Shown: positions 36,056-45,249, counted from the first letter of the stretch. The stretch: DNA of 64,000 nucleotides from Campylobacterales bacterium (GCA_027068765.1 JAMOMC010000182.1:2955-66954), one strand, 5' to 3'. Numbers and translations: made by a program. Notes: generated by a model from the sequence alone, not told the origin.

Positions 36056-36454
36056 ATGTTATTAACAAGGGCTAGTGAGTATGCCTTGCTCTCTTTACTT
36101 CTAATTGCTAAACAAGATGGACCAGAAGATGTTGATACTCTTTCAAAAAGATTAGGTATATCAAGAAGTTTTTTAGCAAAAATTCTCCAACTTTTAGCAA
36201 GAAAAGGCATCTTAAAATCCTCTCGTGGGGCAAAAGGTGGATTTTCACTAAATAAAAAGCCATCTGAAATATCTATAAAAACTTTGATAGAAGTTGTTGA
36301 AAAGAAACCTATTGTTGTTTTTGAGTGTTCACGAGATACCGCCCATTGCCCATCAGGAAAAGGTGATTTTTGTACGATTTGGCCATTTTTGAGTAAGTTT
36401 CAAAATAAAATTGATGATTTTTTTAAAGAGATGACACTAAAAGATATTTTATGA
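36056..36454 (+). CDS. Rrf2-family transcriptional regulator (three-Cys, probable Fe-S type)
   Basis: The N-terminal wHTH reads MLLTRASEYALLSLLLIA...LSKRLGISRSFLAKILQLLARKGILKSSRGAKGGFSL. The Cys cluster is CSRDTAHCPSGKGDFC. Confidence 0.85.
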   Translation: MLLTRASEYALLSLLLIAKQDGPEDVDTLSKRLGISRSFLAKILQLLARKGILKSSRGAKGGFSLNKKPSEISIKTLIEVVEKKPIVVFECSRDTAHCPSGKGDFCTIWPFLSKFQNKIDDFFKEMTLKDIL

Positions 36455-36489
36455 TAATATCGTAGGATATAATATCTTTAAGGATTAGT

Positions 36490-38640
36490 TTGGCTAGAAA
36501 AAATGCTAGTGCTTTAAATATCTTTATGCGACTGCTTGCACCAATTGCTAAAGTTAAAGATTTGACAATGGTCTTTTTTGTCATTGCTATTTTAGCAATT
36601 ATCATAGTGCCTTTGCCTAGTGTTTTTTTAGATTTTTTCCTTACTATCTCTTTGGCTCTTTCGGTTTTGATACTGATGATAGCTTTATATGTCCCAAAAC
36701 CAACTGATCTTACCACTTTTCCTACTATTATCTTGATTGTTACACTTTTTCGCCTCTCTTTAAATATCGCAACTACAAGGATGATTTTATCAAATGGACA
36801 TGAAGGTCCTGATGCTGTTAGTGAAATTATTAGTAGTTTTGGAGAGTTTGTTGTTGGTGGAAATTATGTAATTGGTGTTATTGTTTTTATTATATTGGTT
36901 CTTATAAATTTTATGGTTATTACTAAAGGATCTACTAGAGTTGCTGAAGTTGCAGCTAGATTTACACTAGATGCAATGCCTGGGAAACAGATGGCAATAG
37001 ATGCAGATTTAAATGCTGGTTTGATTGATGAAAAAACGGCACGAGAGAGAAGAGAAGAGATTTTGCAAGAGGCAAACTTTTATGGAGCGATGGATGGTTC
37101 TAGTAAGTTTGTTAAAGGGGATGCGGTTGCTGGTATTATCATCACTATCATTAATTTAACTGGTGGATTTTTGATAGGTATGTTTCAGTTTGATATGAGT
37201 GCTGCGGATAGTGCATCTACTTTTACTATTTTAACTATTGGAGATGGATTGGTTTCTCAACTTCCTGCTCTTATTATGTCGACCGCTACGGGTATTATTA
37301 TAACTAGAAGTAACAAAGGGAGTGAAGGGTTTGCTGATGGGGCTGTTGATCAGCTTATTGGGGATTATAAGACTCTTTTTATTGTTGGACTTATCTTGAT
37401 GATGTTTGCAGCTGTTCCTGGTCTTCCTACATTTTCTCTTGGTTTTGTTGGGCTTATCTTTCTTACAATGGGATATTTTGTTAAATTTTCTGGAGAGATT
37501 GAAGAGGTAAGTGTTGATGAAGATGAGGAAGAAGACACAAAAAAAAGCACACAAGAGAAAAAATCTCCAACAGAACTGAGAGAAGAGGAGGAGAAAACTT
37601 TAGCAGATATTTTAAAACAAGAGGTTTTAGAGTTGGAGCTTGGTTATCAGCTCATTCGTTTAGCAGACCCAGCTATGCAGGGAGATTTACTTGAAAGAAT
37701 TAAAAGTATGCGAAGAAAAATTGCAACTGATTACGGTTTTTTAATTCCTCAGGTTAGAATTCGTGATAATCTGCATTTATCTCCAAATCACTATCAACTT
37801 CTTTTAAAAGGTGTTGAAATAGGGAGTGGGGAAATCTATCCTGATAAATTTATGGCAATGGATAGTGGTTTGGTTAGTGAAGAGATGGCAGGGACTAAAA
37901 CTAAAGAGCCTGCATTTGGCTTAGATGCAATTTGGGTTGATACAGCTTTGAAAGAGGAAGCTATCACCAAAGGTTATACGGTTGTTGACCCTTCAACTGT
38001 AATCTCCACGCATATAAGTGAGTTGGTTAAAAAATATGCTCCAGAGCTTTTAACAAGACAAGATGTAAATGAGTTGATTGAAAATGTAAAAAAGAGCCAC
38101 TTGGTTGTTGTTGAGGATACTTTAAAGGTCGCGACAGTCGGACTTGTGCAGAGAATTTTAAAAGAGCTTTTGGCTGAGAAGATACCGATAAAAGATATGC
38201 TAACAATCTTAGAGACTATCAGTGATGTTGCAGAAGTTACTAAAAATACAGATATAATTGTAGAACAAGTGAGAGCAAAACTCTCTCGTGTTATAACAAA
38301 ACTTTATAAAGATGAGAGTGGAGTTTTGAAACTTTTAACTTTTGCGGCTCCAACTGAACAGAAACTTCTTGAACATTTGCAAGAGAAAGAGGGGTTAAAA
38401 GATTTGCTTTTAAACATAGGTCAGATAAACTCTCTTGTGCAAAAAGTAAGTGATGAAGCGGCTAAGATTTTACAAATGGGTGTGGCTCCTGTTATCTTGA
38501 TAGTAGATCCAAATCTAAGAAAATCATTAGCAGAAATTTTTGCAAAATTTAATTTAGAAGTAGTAGTTCTCTCTCACGCAGAAGTTGACCCGACAACCAC
38601 ATTTGAAGTGTTAGGTTCTGTTGATGTGGCGGAACTTTAA
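36490..38640 (+). CDS. flhA: Flagellar type III export apparatus protein FlhA
   Basis: The TTG start sits 5 nt after AAGGA. It is a FHIPEP family member with an N-terminal polytopic region, DAMPGKQMAIDADL and FYGAMDGSSKFVKGDA, plus a large cytoplasmic C-domain. Confidence 0.93.
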   Translation: MARKNASALNIFMRLLAPIAKVKDLTMVFFVIAILAIIIVPLPSVFLDFFLTISLALSVLILMIALYVPKPTDLTTFPTIILIVTLFRLSLNIATTRMILSNGHEGPDAVSEIISSFGEFVVGGNYVIGVIVFIILVLINFMVITKGSTRVAEVAARFTLDAMPGKQMAIDADLNAGLIDEKTARERREEILQEANFYGAMDGSSKFVKGDAVAGIIITIINLTGGFLIGMFQFDMSAADSASTFTILTIGDGLVSQLPALIMSTATGIIITRSNKGSEGFADGAVDQLIGDYKTLFIVGLILMMFAAVPGLPTFSLGFVGLIFLTMGYFVKFSGEIEEVSVDEDEEEDTKKSTQEKKSPTELREEEEKTLADILKQEVLELELGYQLIRLADPAMQGDLLERIKSMRRKIATDYGFLIPQVRIRDNLHLSPNHYQLLLKGVEIGSGEIYPDKFMAMDSGLVSEEMAGTKTKEPAFGLDAIWVDTALKEEAITKGYTVVDPSTVISTHISELVKKYAPELLTRQDVNELIENVKKSHLVVVEDTLKVATVGLVQRILKELLAEKIPIKDMLTILETISDVAEVTKNTDIIVEQVRAKLSRVITKLYKDESGVLKLLTFAAPTEQKLLEHLQEKEGLKDLLLNIGQINSLVQKVSDEAAKILQMGVAPVILIVDPNLRKSLAEIFAKFNLEVVVLSHAEVDPTTTFEVLGSVDVAEL

Positions 38641-38649
38641 GGAGTAAAA

Positions 38650-39678
38650 GTGAAAGTTTTTCATCTCTCACATATTGATTTAGATGGGTATAGTTGTCAA
38701 CTTATAACAAAAAGGTGTTTTGAGGATATAAGTTATTATAACTCAAACTATGGAAAAGAGATAGACCAGAGAATTGAACAGATGCTTTTGGATATTGAAA
38801 AAGTTGGAAGTGAAAAAAATCTTATTTTGATTACTGATTTAAATCTCACCCTAAAACAAGCAAAAACATTGACTTCATTAGTAGATGCATCTCATAAAGA
38901 TATAGAGATACTTTTATTAGATCATCATAAAACTGGTCAAGATTGTGCAAGTTTGTATGATTGGTATCATCTTGATGTAAAGCGATGTGCTACAAAGATA
39001 ACATATGATTATTTTTTAGAAAAAGGCTACGATATAGCTGATATGGGAAAATATGTAGATGTTGTAAATGCTGTTGATATTTGGCTTAGTGATAGTGAGT
39101 ATTTTGAGCTTGGTAAGGTGTTTATGCGGATAGTCTCAGGAGCAAGAGAGGTAAATAGAATGCTTTTTTGTGAAAAAAACAGTGAGTATATCTTCTCTTT
39201 GTTGGAGGGTGCTTTTTTATATCTTGACAAAGAAGATGCAAATATAGCTCTTGATAACAATCTTCACTCTCTTAAAAAGAGTTATTTTAGAAAAGATAGA
39301 GATGATACTTTGGAAAATCTAATCTCACACTTTGTAGTCTCCATGCTTAGTGAGAAAAAAGAGCATCTTAGTGTTACTTATGGTAAGTATCGAGGAGTTT
39401 TAACTTATTCTATTGGGAATACTTCGATTATTGGAAATGAGTTTTTAGTTACAAATCCTGATTTTGACTTTTTTATGGATATAAATGGACGAAAAAATGT
39501 AAGTATGAGGGCTAATAATAAAGCTGATGTAAGTGCAATTTGTAAAAAACTTTTTAATGGCGGAGGTCATGCAAATGCCAGTGGTGGCAGGTTTGATGAT
39601 TTTAAAGACTCATTTATATATGAAGATATTAAAGAGCAGGTACAAGATATTATGATAATAGGAGAAAATAGTGAATAA
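38650..39678 (+). CDS. DHH-family phosphoesterase
   Basis: It has a GTG start. Motifs are HIDLDGYSC, LLLDHHKTG (DHH) and GGGHANASGG (DHHA1). Confidence 0.7.
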   Translation: MKVFHLSHIDLDGYSCQLITKRCFEDISYYNSNYGKEIDQRIEQMLLDIEKVGSEKNLILITDLNLTLKQAKTLTSLVDASHKDIEILLLDHHKTGQDCASLYDWYHLDVKRCATKITYDYFLEKGYDIADMGKYVDVVNAVDIWLSDSEYFELGKVFMRIVSGAREVNRMLFCEKNSEYIFSLLEGAFLYLDKEDANIALDNNLHSLKKSYFRKDRDDTLENLISHFVVSMLSEKKEHLSVTYGKYRGVLTYSIGNTSIIGNEFLVTNPDFDFFMDINGRKNVSMRANNKADVSAICKKLFNGGGHANASGGRFDDFKDSFIYEDIKEQVQDIMIIGENSE

Positions 39679-39910
39679 GATAAAAGATTTAGAAGAAGAA
39701 GTGCAGGATTTGACAATTCATTTAGCTGATATGTTGGAAGCAGTTTTATACTTTGGGGGTGTGAAAGAAGGAAAGATTGAAGAGGCTGTAAAAGCATATA
39801 TAGATGCTCTTGATGAAGTGTTTGAAGATGACGATGGTGAGATGGGATATAAAGAGGTTGTTGTGGTGGTTGAACATTTAAAAAGAGCTAAATCAGAGCT
39901 TTTTTCTTAA
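39671..39910 (+). CDS. Hypothetical small acidic protein (79 aa)
   Basis: The GTG start overlaps the DHH gene by 8 nt. It is a helical, acidic sequence with no recognised motif. Confidence 0.4.
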   Translation: MNKIKDLEEEVQDLTIHLADMLEAVLYFGGVKEGKIEEAVKAYIDALDEVFEDDDGEMGYKEVVVVVEHLKRAKSELFS

Positions 39911-40213
39911 AAAATATAGTCCAAGTTTTTATGTAAAAATGCATAAAAACTATATAAGTAAAGAGTGATTTTTATAAAATCTTCTTAAGAATACTTCTAG
40001 ATATAAGGGAAAGGTATTTTTTTAAGAATAATGACTTATATCATCTTAAAGACTAACCCAATAGAGTTTTAGAATTTAATGTATTTAATATCTATGATAA
40101 GAGAATTTTAAAGTTTCTTAAATTAAATTATATTTTTTTTATAAATTTCTTAAAAATAGAGAAAATTAGGGGTATGAAGAGTTTAAAAAGCTTAATTAAT
40201 AAACAAAAATAGA

Positions 40214-40254
40214 AAGATATTTTTAATAAGAGTCTTTTATATTAAAAATATCTT
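40214..40254. promoter_or_regulatory. 15-bp perfect inverted repeat (candidate operator or hairpin) upstream of the distal cytochrome promoter
   Basis: AAGATATTTTTAATA (40214-40228) and TATTAAAAATATCTT (40240-40254) are exact reverse complements separated by 11 nt. Confidence 0.35.
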
Positions 40255-40299
40255 AAAATAATAAATAAGTATTGTTATTCAGGTATTTAATTATTATTT

Positions 40300-40356
40300 A
40301 ATCTTATATTTTAATTTTTAATTTTTAGTAATTTGTCATGACTATCCTATTATAAT
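40300..40356 (+). promoter_or_regulatory. Paralogue-type promoter P1: AATCTTATAT box plus TATAAT, 51-nt offset
   Basis: AATCTTATAT is at 40300 and TATAAT at 40351-40356. The same box, -10 element and 51-nt offset occur upstream of the other two cytochrome genes. Here it lies about 460 nt upstream of the ATG. Confidence 0.45.
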
Positions 40357-40690
40357 TACATCAGAATTCTGTTTTAACGGGTTCTGGTTTAATTCAGTTT
40401 ATTAGACAGAGAGTAGTTTTATTTTATTTAATCTTAAATAGAAGATTTCGCAAGATTTAATGTTTTAAAATGTGAGCTTTAAAGGCATTAAATTTATCGA
40501 AAGTAAGTATTGTAGGTTGTTTGCACAAAGATATAGCTATAAAAATAGCAGAGTTTTGTTTGTGGTTTTCATAAAATAATTAAAATAATTTAATAATTTC
40601 TTTAATTAATAAAACTATTTAATATTTTAAATATAAGTATTGCTAATATTTGTTTGATAAAACATGGATTAAAAAAGGTAAAACAGCGCA

Positions 40691-40719
40691 TTGACTATTT
40701 ATTTATAGATGGATATAGA
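40691..40719 (+). promoter_or_regulatory. Possible proximal sigma70-like promoter for cytochrome 1
   Basis: TTGACT (40691-40696), a 17-nt spacer, then TATAGA (40714-40719). Two 7-bp hairpins follow in the leader: 40740-46 with 40754-60, and 40767-73 with 40779-85. Confidence 0.3.
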
Positions 40720-40814
40720 TGGTTGTTAGTAGATAGGTTAGCTAATCTTTAAAATTAGCTTAAACACAAGTACGTTTTGTACTTGAATTCATATAATATA
40801 AGGAGCGATATATT

Positions 40815-42902
40815 ATGAAAAAAAATAAGAGATCGTTTGTACAATCTTTTGGTTTAGCACTATTTTTTTTAATGGCTAGTGTTACTTTTAGTTCGGCAAA
40901 TGTACCAGCACCTCCGGTGAATCAAACAATAGGTATTCCAGATACTACTTTTGCAAACTTAAGTAAGTTGAATTGTGCTTATTGTCATGCACCTGAAAAA
41001 TTAACAGCAGCGGAAATAGCTGAAATGGGTTGGACTTTTGATAGACCAACAATGAAGCCTGGTATCATAGCAGATCGTCATCATGCTAGAGTTATAAACG
41101 AGATGATTATGGGTGAAAAAACACAAGCACCATTTGGTACACCAGGTGATCCTTATGTATGTTTATCTTGTCATAAGATTGAATGGAACGAAGCGACTAT
41201 GACTAATGAGTTGATTCCTAATTTCAAAGATTGCCAAAATTGTCACTTTCAAGTGGATGGTGCTACGGTTCATCATTTAACAGAGATGGCACAAGCGTTA
41301 AACTGTAAACATTGTCATGGTGCTAGAATAAATAATCCAAATGAAGGACATTTTGTTCCACTTGGTAGAACACCGACTCTTTTTACTCCAAGAACTAGTA
41401 AAGGAGAAGGACCAGGTGGTCAAGGTGCTTGTACATACTGTCATAATTCAGGAGTGGATACGGCATCTGGTATCGCTGTAAACGAAAATTCTGTAAATCA
41501 CCATAATACTGGTATAGGTCAACCAGGAATTTCAGATATAAGTTGTGATCTTTGTCATGATAGAGCTGGTACTGAGTGGGCAATTCGTCGTTGTGAAAGT
41601 TGTCATGGTATAAGCTCAATTCACAATATCCAAGCTGATTCTAATGGAGATGGACAGATAATAGTAGGACAAGAGTTAAGATACTTTGGTCATATTGGTA
41701 ATGATCCAAATGATTGTAAAGGTTGTCACAACAATTTAGAAGTTGGACAAAATGGTTTAGGTGCTCCTGAGTCTGGTCCAGTTATTCCTCAAATCTCAGA
41801 TATGAGTGAATTTAAAATAGTTGCTGGTGTTGCTACTTCTATCACAGTTACTGGGTTAGCCTTTACAAATCAAATAAGTGGTAGAGTTTTACAATCTACT
41901 ATTACAGTTACTAATTTGGATAATATTGTTGTAGCAGAGTTAACACCTAGTTCTATCTCTGAATCTACTATGATAGTAACTATTCCAAGTAGTTTAGAAG
42001 CTGGAAGTTACTATATTCGTGCAAAAAAAGGACCAAAAGATAGTAATCCTATGAATTTGGTAATTGTGCCTAAAGTAGTTATTAGTGATGTAAGTACAAA
42101 TAATAGTGTATTTACTATTGCAGGTAGCGGTTTTGGTAAATATTTAAATGCTGCGGAAGCAAATACACATGTTACTATAGCTGGAACTAAGTGTAGTATC
42201 GATTCTTGGACTAGTAGTCAAATTGTTACACAATGTTCATCAAGATGTGGCTCTTTAGTAGTTAATAGTATTTTTGGAAGTGCTACTTACACAATTGATT
42301 GTGAAGGTGGTGGAGACAATAACAATGATTATCAAAGAGGGTATGATGCAGCTCAAGATGCGGCATTTGCAGAAGGAAATGGCGATAAGTGTAGCGGTAA
42401 AGCTTGGAATATAGATGCTAGCTTAAACTATGACACAAGATATAATCAAGGTTATACAGATGGTTATGTAGTTGCTTATGATACAGGCTGGGAAAGTAGT
42501 TGTGGAAATGGCGGGAACGATGGTTCAAGTTATGAAGATGGTTACGAAGCAGCTTATGATGCGGCATTTGCAGAAGGAAATGGCGATAAGTGTAGCGGTA
42601 AAGCTTGGAATATAGATGCTAACTTAAACTATGACACAAGATATAATCAAGGTTATACAGATGGTTATGTAGTTGCCTATGATACAGGCTGGGAGAGTAG
42701 CTGTGGTGACAACAATAACGGAAGTTATGAAGATGGTGTCACAGCAGCTTATGATGCTGGTTATGCTGAGGGTAAAAGTGACTCTTGTGGAGGCAAAACT
42801 TGGAGTATAGGAATTGAACTTGCTTATGATACTCCATATAACGACGGTTATGCATTTGGCTATGTAAAAGCCTATGATGAAGGCTGGGAAAGTTGTAGAT
42901 AG
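40815..42902 (+). CDS. Secreted octahaem c-type cytochrome, paralogue 1 (8 CxxCH + 2 Ig/IPT-like domains + 3 C-terminal YDW repeats)
   Basis: AGGAG sits 9 nt upstream of the ATG, and there is a signal peptide (...VTFSSA/NVPAPP). CxxCH motifs start at C54, C116, C140, C164, C206, C244, C260 and C301. Conserved extra His occur in DRHH, VHH, EGH, NHH, SIH and FGH. IPT/TIG-like segments span roughly aa 325-418 and 419-496. Three ~58-aa repeats span aa 506-563, 573-630 and 637-694. Confidence 0.9.
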   Translation: MKKNKRSFVQSFGLALFFLMASVTFSSANVPAPPVNQTIGIPDTTFANLSKLNCAYCHAPEKLTAAEIAEMGWTFDRPTMKPGIIADRHHARVINEMIMGEKTQAPFGTPGDPYVCLSCHKIEWNEATMTNELIPNFKDCQNCHFQVDGATVHHLTEMAQALNCKHCHGARINNPNEGHFVPLGRTPTLFTPRTSKGEGPGGQGACTYCHNSGVDTASGIAVNENSVNHHNTGIGQPGISDISCDLCHDRAGTEWAIRRCESCHGISSIHNIQADSNGDGQIIVGQELRYFGHIGNDPNDCKGCHNNLEVGQNGLGAPESGPVIPQISDMSEFKIVAGVATSITVTGLAFTNQISGRVLQSTITVTNLDNIVVAELTPSSISESTMIVTIPSSLEAGSYYIRAKKGPKDSNPMNLVIVPKVVISDVSTNNSVFTIAGSGFGKYLNAAEANTHVTIAGTKCSIDSWTSSQIVTQCSSRCGSLVVNSIFGSATYTIDCEGGGDNNNDYQRGYDAAQDAAFAEGNGDKCSGKAWNIDASLNYDTRYNQGYTDGYVVAYDTGWESSCGNGGNDGSSYEDGYEAAYDAAFAEGNGDKCSGKAWNIDANLNYDTRYNQGYTDGYVVAYDTGWESSCGDNNNGSYEDGVTAAYDAGYAEGKSDSCGGKTWSIGIELAYDTPYNDGYAFGYVKAYDEGWESCR
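42330..42896 (+). repeat. Three copies of the ~58-aa C-terminal YDW/two-Cys repeat (paralogue 1)
   Basis: Consensus: YxxGYxAAxDAAFAEGNGDKCSGKAWNIDAxLNYDTRYNQGYTDGYVVAYDTGWESSC. Copies 1 and 2 have a 201-nt period. Confidence 0.85.
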
Positions 42903-42907
42903 CGGTT

Positions 42908-42937
42908 GGGGTAGATTTATTTACCCCTATTTTTTTA
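42908..42937 (+). terminator. Rho-independent terminator after cytochrome 1
   Basis: GGGGTA (42908-13) pairs with TACCCC (42922-27), followed by a T-run (42930-37). Confidence 0.65.
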
Positions 42938-43058
42938 CTTATATTGGGAGTGCTAAATGCACTCTCATTACTTAAACTTCAAAAATTAAATACTTTCATA
43001 TAAATGACTATAATTTAACTATAGTTAATAGACTAAATAGAGCTTTCAATTATAAATT

Positions 43059-43115
43059 AATCTTATATATTAGTTGATAAATTTTACTAAAATATCATCA
43101 ATTTATTATTATAAT
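43059..43115 (+). promoter_or_regulatory. Paralogue-type promoter P2
   Basis: AATCTTATAT is at 43059 and TATAAT at 43110-43115 (51-nt offset). Between box and -10, 30 of 41 positions match P3. A 14-bp palindrome, TTAACTATAGTTAA, lies just upstream at 43015-43028. Confidence 0.5.
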
Positions 43116-43164
43116 TATCTTGGATAATCTTTGGTTTTAATAAATTTATATGAGGAAATACAAT

Positions 43165-45249
43165 ATGAGAAAAAACGGCATAAAAATATTTAGAGTTAAA
43201 GCAATTCTATTTTTATTAATAATTAGTTTTACTTTTAGTTTTGCTAGAGTACCGCCACCACCTCCTGCAACAGTAAATCAAAATATAGGTATTCCCGATA
43301 CAACTTTTAAAAACTTAACTAAATTAAATTGTGCATATTGTCATGCACCAGAGAAATTGACACAACAGCAGAGAAATGAGATGGGTTGGACTTTTGATAA
43401 ACCAGAGACTAAACCTGGTGTTTTGGCAGATCGACACCACAATAAAGTAATAAAAGGTGTAATTATACCAAAAGGAACACAAGCACCTTTTGGAACAATT
43501 GGTGAGCCTTATGTATGTCTCTCTTGTCATAAAAGTGAATGGAATGAAGCTAATATGCGTTATGAATTGTCTAATAATTTTAAAGATTGCCAAAATTGTC
43601 ATATACACAATGAAAATGTTACAGTTCACCATTTAACTGCAAAAGCTCAGGCTCTTGATTGTAAACACTGTCACGGTGCTAGAGTTGATAATCCAAATGA
43701 TGGACATATTATTCGAACTTCTAGAAGAGGAAGTTTATCTATTCCTCGTCCCAAGAATGGAACAGGACCAAATGGCGAGGGGGCTTGTACATTTTGTCAT
43801 AAAGCAGGAGTTGATAGTGCATCTGGTATCTCAATAAATACAAATGCTATAAATCACCATAGTACAGGTATAGGTCAAGATGGAATTTCAGATCTCTCTT
43901 GCAATCTTTGTCATGATGATCAAGAAGAGGATGAGATGTGGAAATTTAAAAGATGTCAAAATTGTCATGGTATGAAATCACTTCATAGTATTCAATTTGA
44001 TTCTAATGGAGATGGACAGATAATAGTAGGACAAGAGTTAAAATACTTTGGTCATGTTGGTAATGATCCTATAGATTGTCAAGGTTGTCATGGTGGATAT
44101 TTAGCACTATTAAATCAAAATGCACTTGGAATGATGTTTCCTAATGTTGTTGCTCCAGAGATTTTAAATTTGAGTACATTTAAAATAATTGCAGGTGAAG
44201 AGGCTACTATCAGCATAAGTGGTCGAGGATTTACAAATGTTACCTATAATATAACAATGAAATCTTTTATCACTATAACTGGTAAAGACGACAAAGAGAT
44301 AAAGTTAACACCTATCTCTATCACTGAATCTTCAATTGTAGTAAAAACTCCAACTAATATAGCCCCAGGAAACTACTATCTGCATGCAAAAAAAGGTACT
44401 TATGAGAGTAATCCTATGAGTATTGTGGTTATTCCCAAAGTGTTTATTAGTGAAGTTAGTGAAAATAATAGTATATTAACTATTCAAGGTCAAGGATTTG
44501 GAAAGTATCTTGATAGCATTGGTACAAATACTAAAATATCACTAGAGAACTCAAAGTGTAGTGTTGAGTCTTGGAGTGATACCCAAATTGTTGCAAAATG
44601 CTCTACTAAATGTGGTTCATTAGTAGTTGATAGTGTTTTTGGAAGTGATACTTATATAGTTGATTGTAATGTTGGCATAGGAGATTATGAGAGAGGTTAT
44701 CAAGCAGCAGGAGATGTGGCATTTGCAGAGGGAAATGGTGATAAATGTAGCGGTAAAGTTTGGAATTTAGATGCTGATTTAAATTATGATACAAAATATA
44801 ATCAAGGCTATACGGATGGATATGTAGTTGCTTATGATGTAGGCTGGGAGAGTAGTTGTGGAGATGATAATTCAAGTTATGGAGATGGTTATAAAGCATC
44901 TTATGATATAGCATTTGCAGAAGGAAATGGAGATAAGTGTAGTGCTAAAGTTTGGAATATAGATGCTAATTTAAATTATGATACAAAATATAATCAAGGC
45001 TATACAGATGGATATGTAGTTGCTTATGATGTGGGCTGGGAGAGTAGCTGCCAAGGAGACAATAACGGAAGTTATGAAGATGGTGTTAAAGCAGCTTATG
45101 ATGCTGGTTATACTGAGGGTAAAAGTGACTCTTGTGGGGGCAAAATTTGGAATATAGAAGCCAGGCTTACTTACGATACACTATACAACGATGGTTATGC
45201 ATTTGGCTATGTAAAAGCTTATGATGAAGGTTGGGAGAGTTGTAGATAG
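43165..45249 (+). CDS. Secreted octahaem c-type cytochrome, paralogue 2 (alternative start 43150)
   Basis: The ATG at 43165 has AGGA 8 nt upstream, while the ATG at 43150 aligns with the start of paralogue 3. There are eight CxxCH motifs (CAYCH, CLSCH, CQNCH, CKHCH, CTFCH, CNLCH, CQNCH, CQGCH), two IPT-like domains and three C-terminal repeats. Confidence 0.9.
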   Translation: MRKNGIKIFRVKAILFLLIISFTFSFARVPPPPPATVNQNIGIPDTTFKNLTKLNCAYCHAPEKLTQQQRNEMGWTFDKPETKPGVLADRHHNKVIKGVIIPKGTQAPFGTIGEPYVCLSCHKSEWNEANMRYELSNNFKDCQNCHIHNENVTVHHLTAKAQALDCKHCHGARVDNPNDGHIIRTSRRGSLSIPRPKNGTGPNGEGACTFCHKAGVDSASGISINTNAINHHSTGIGQDGISDLSCNLCHDDQEEDEMWKFKRCQNCHGMKSLHSIQFDSNGDGQIIVGQELKYFGHVGNDPIDCQGCHGGYLALLNQNALGMMFPNVVAPEILNLSTFKIIAGEEATISISGRGFTNVTYNITMKSFITITGKDDKEIKLTPISITESSIVVKTPTNIAPGNYYLHAKKGTYESNPMSIVVIPKVFISEVSENNSILTIQGQGFGKYLDSIGTNTKISLENSKCSVESWSDTQIVAKCSTKCGSLVVDSVFGSDTYIVDCNVGIGDYERGYQAAGDVAFAEGNGDKCSGKVWNLDADLNYDTKYNQGYTDGYVVAYDVGWESSCGDDNSSYGDGYKASYDIAFAEGNGDKCSAKVWNIDANLNYDTKYNQGYTDGYVVAYDVGWESSCQGDNNGSYEDGVKAAYDAGYTEGKSDSCGGKIWNIEARLTYDTLYNDGYAFGYVKAYDEGWESCR
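44686..45246 (+). repeat. Three copies of the C-terminal YDW/two-Cys repeat (paralogue 2)
   Basis: The three copies begin YERGYQAAGDVAFAEGNGDKCSGKVWNLDADLNYDTKYNQGYTDGYVVAYDVGWESSC, YGDGYKASYDIAFAEGNGDKCSAKVWNIDAN... and YEDGVKAAYDAGYTEGKSDSCGGKIWNIEARLTYDTLYNDGYAFGYVKAYDEGWESC. Confidence 0.85.

Noticed and set aside
35998-36210. A 70-aa minus-strand ORF overlapping the rrf2 5' region.
   Set aside because: It is antisense to a well-supported Rrf2 wHTH coding sequence, and no motif was seen.
40792-40797. TATAAT 18 nt upstream of the cytochrome 1 ATG, with AATCTTT 48 nt upstream, as the proximal copy of the paralogue promoter.
   Set aside because: A transcript starting about 7 nt downstream would begin inside or after the AGGAG RBS (40801-40805). 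The box is also imperfect and the offset is 48 rather than 51 nt. It is kept only as a remote possibility.
40974-41729. Interpreting the octahaem proteins as periplasmic octahaem nitrite, tetrathionate or hydroxylamine-type reductases.
   Set aside because: Those enzymes are larger per haem and usually carry an atypical catalytic haem motif (e.g. CxxCK or a Lys/Tyr ligand). Here all eight motifs are CxxCH, with enough conserved His for bis-His ligation. The proteins also carry Ig-like and repeat tails and a dedicated protease. This cannot be fully excluded without structural comparison.
43121-43135. A possible sigma54 (-24/-12) promoter upstream of cytochrome 2 (TGGATAATCTTTGG).
   Set aside because: The -12 element would read GG rather than GC, and no equivalent GG-N10-GC occurs upstream of paralogues 1 or 3.
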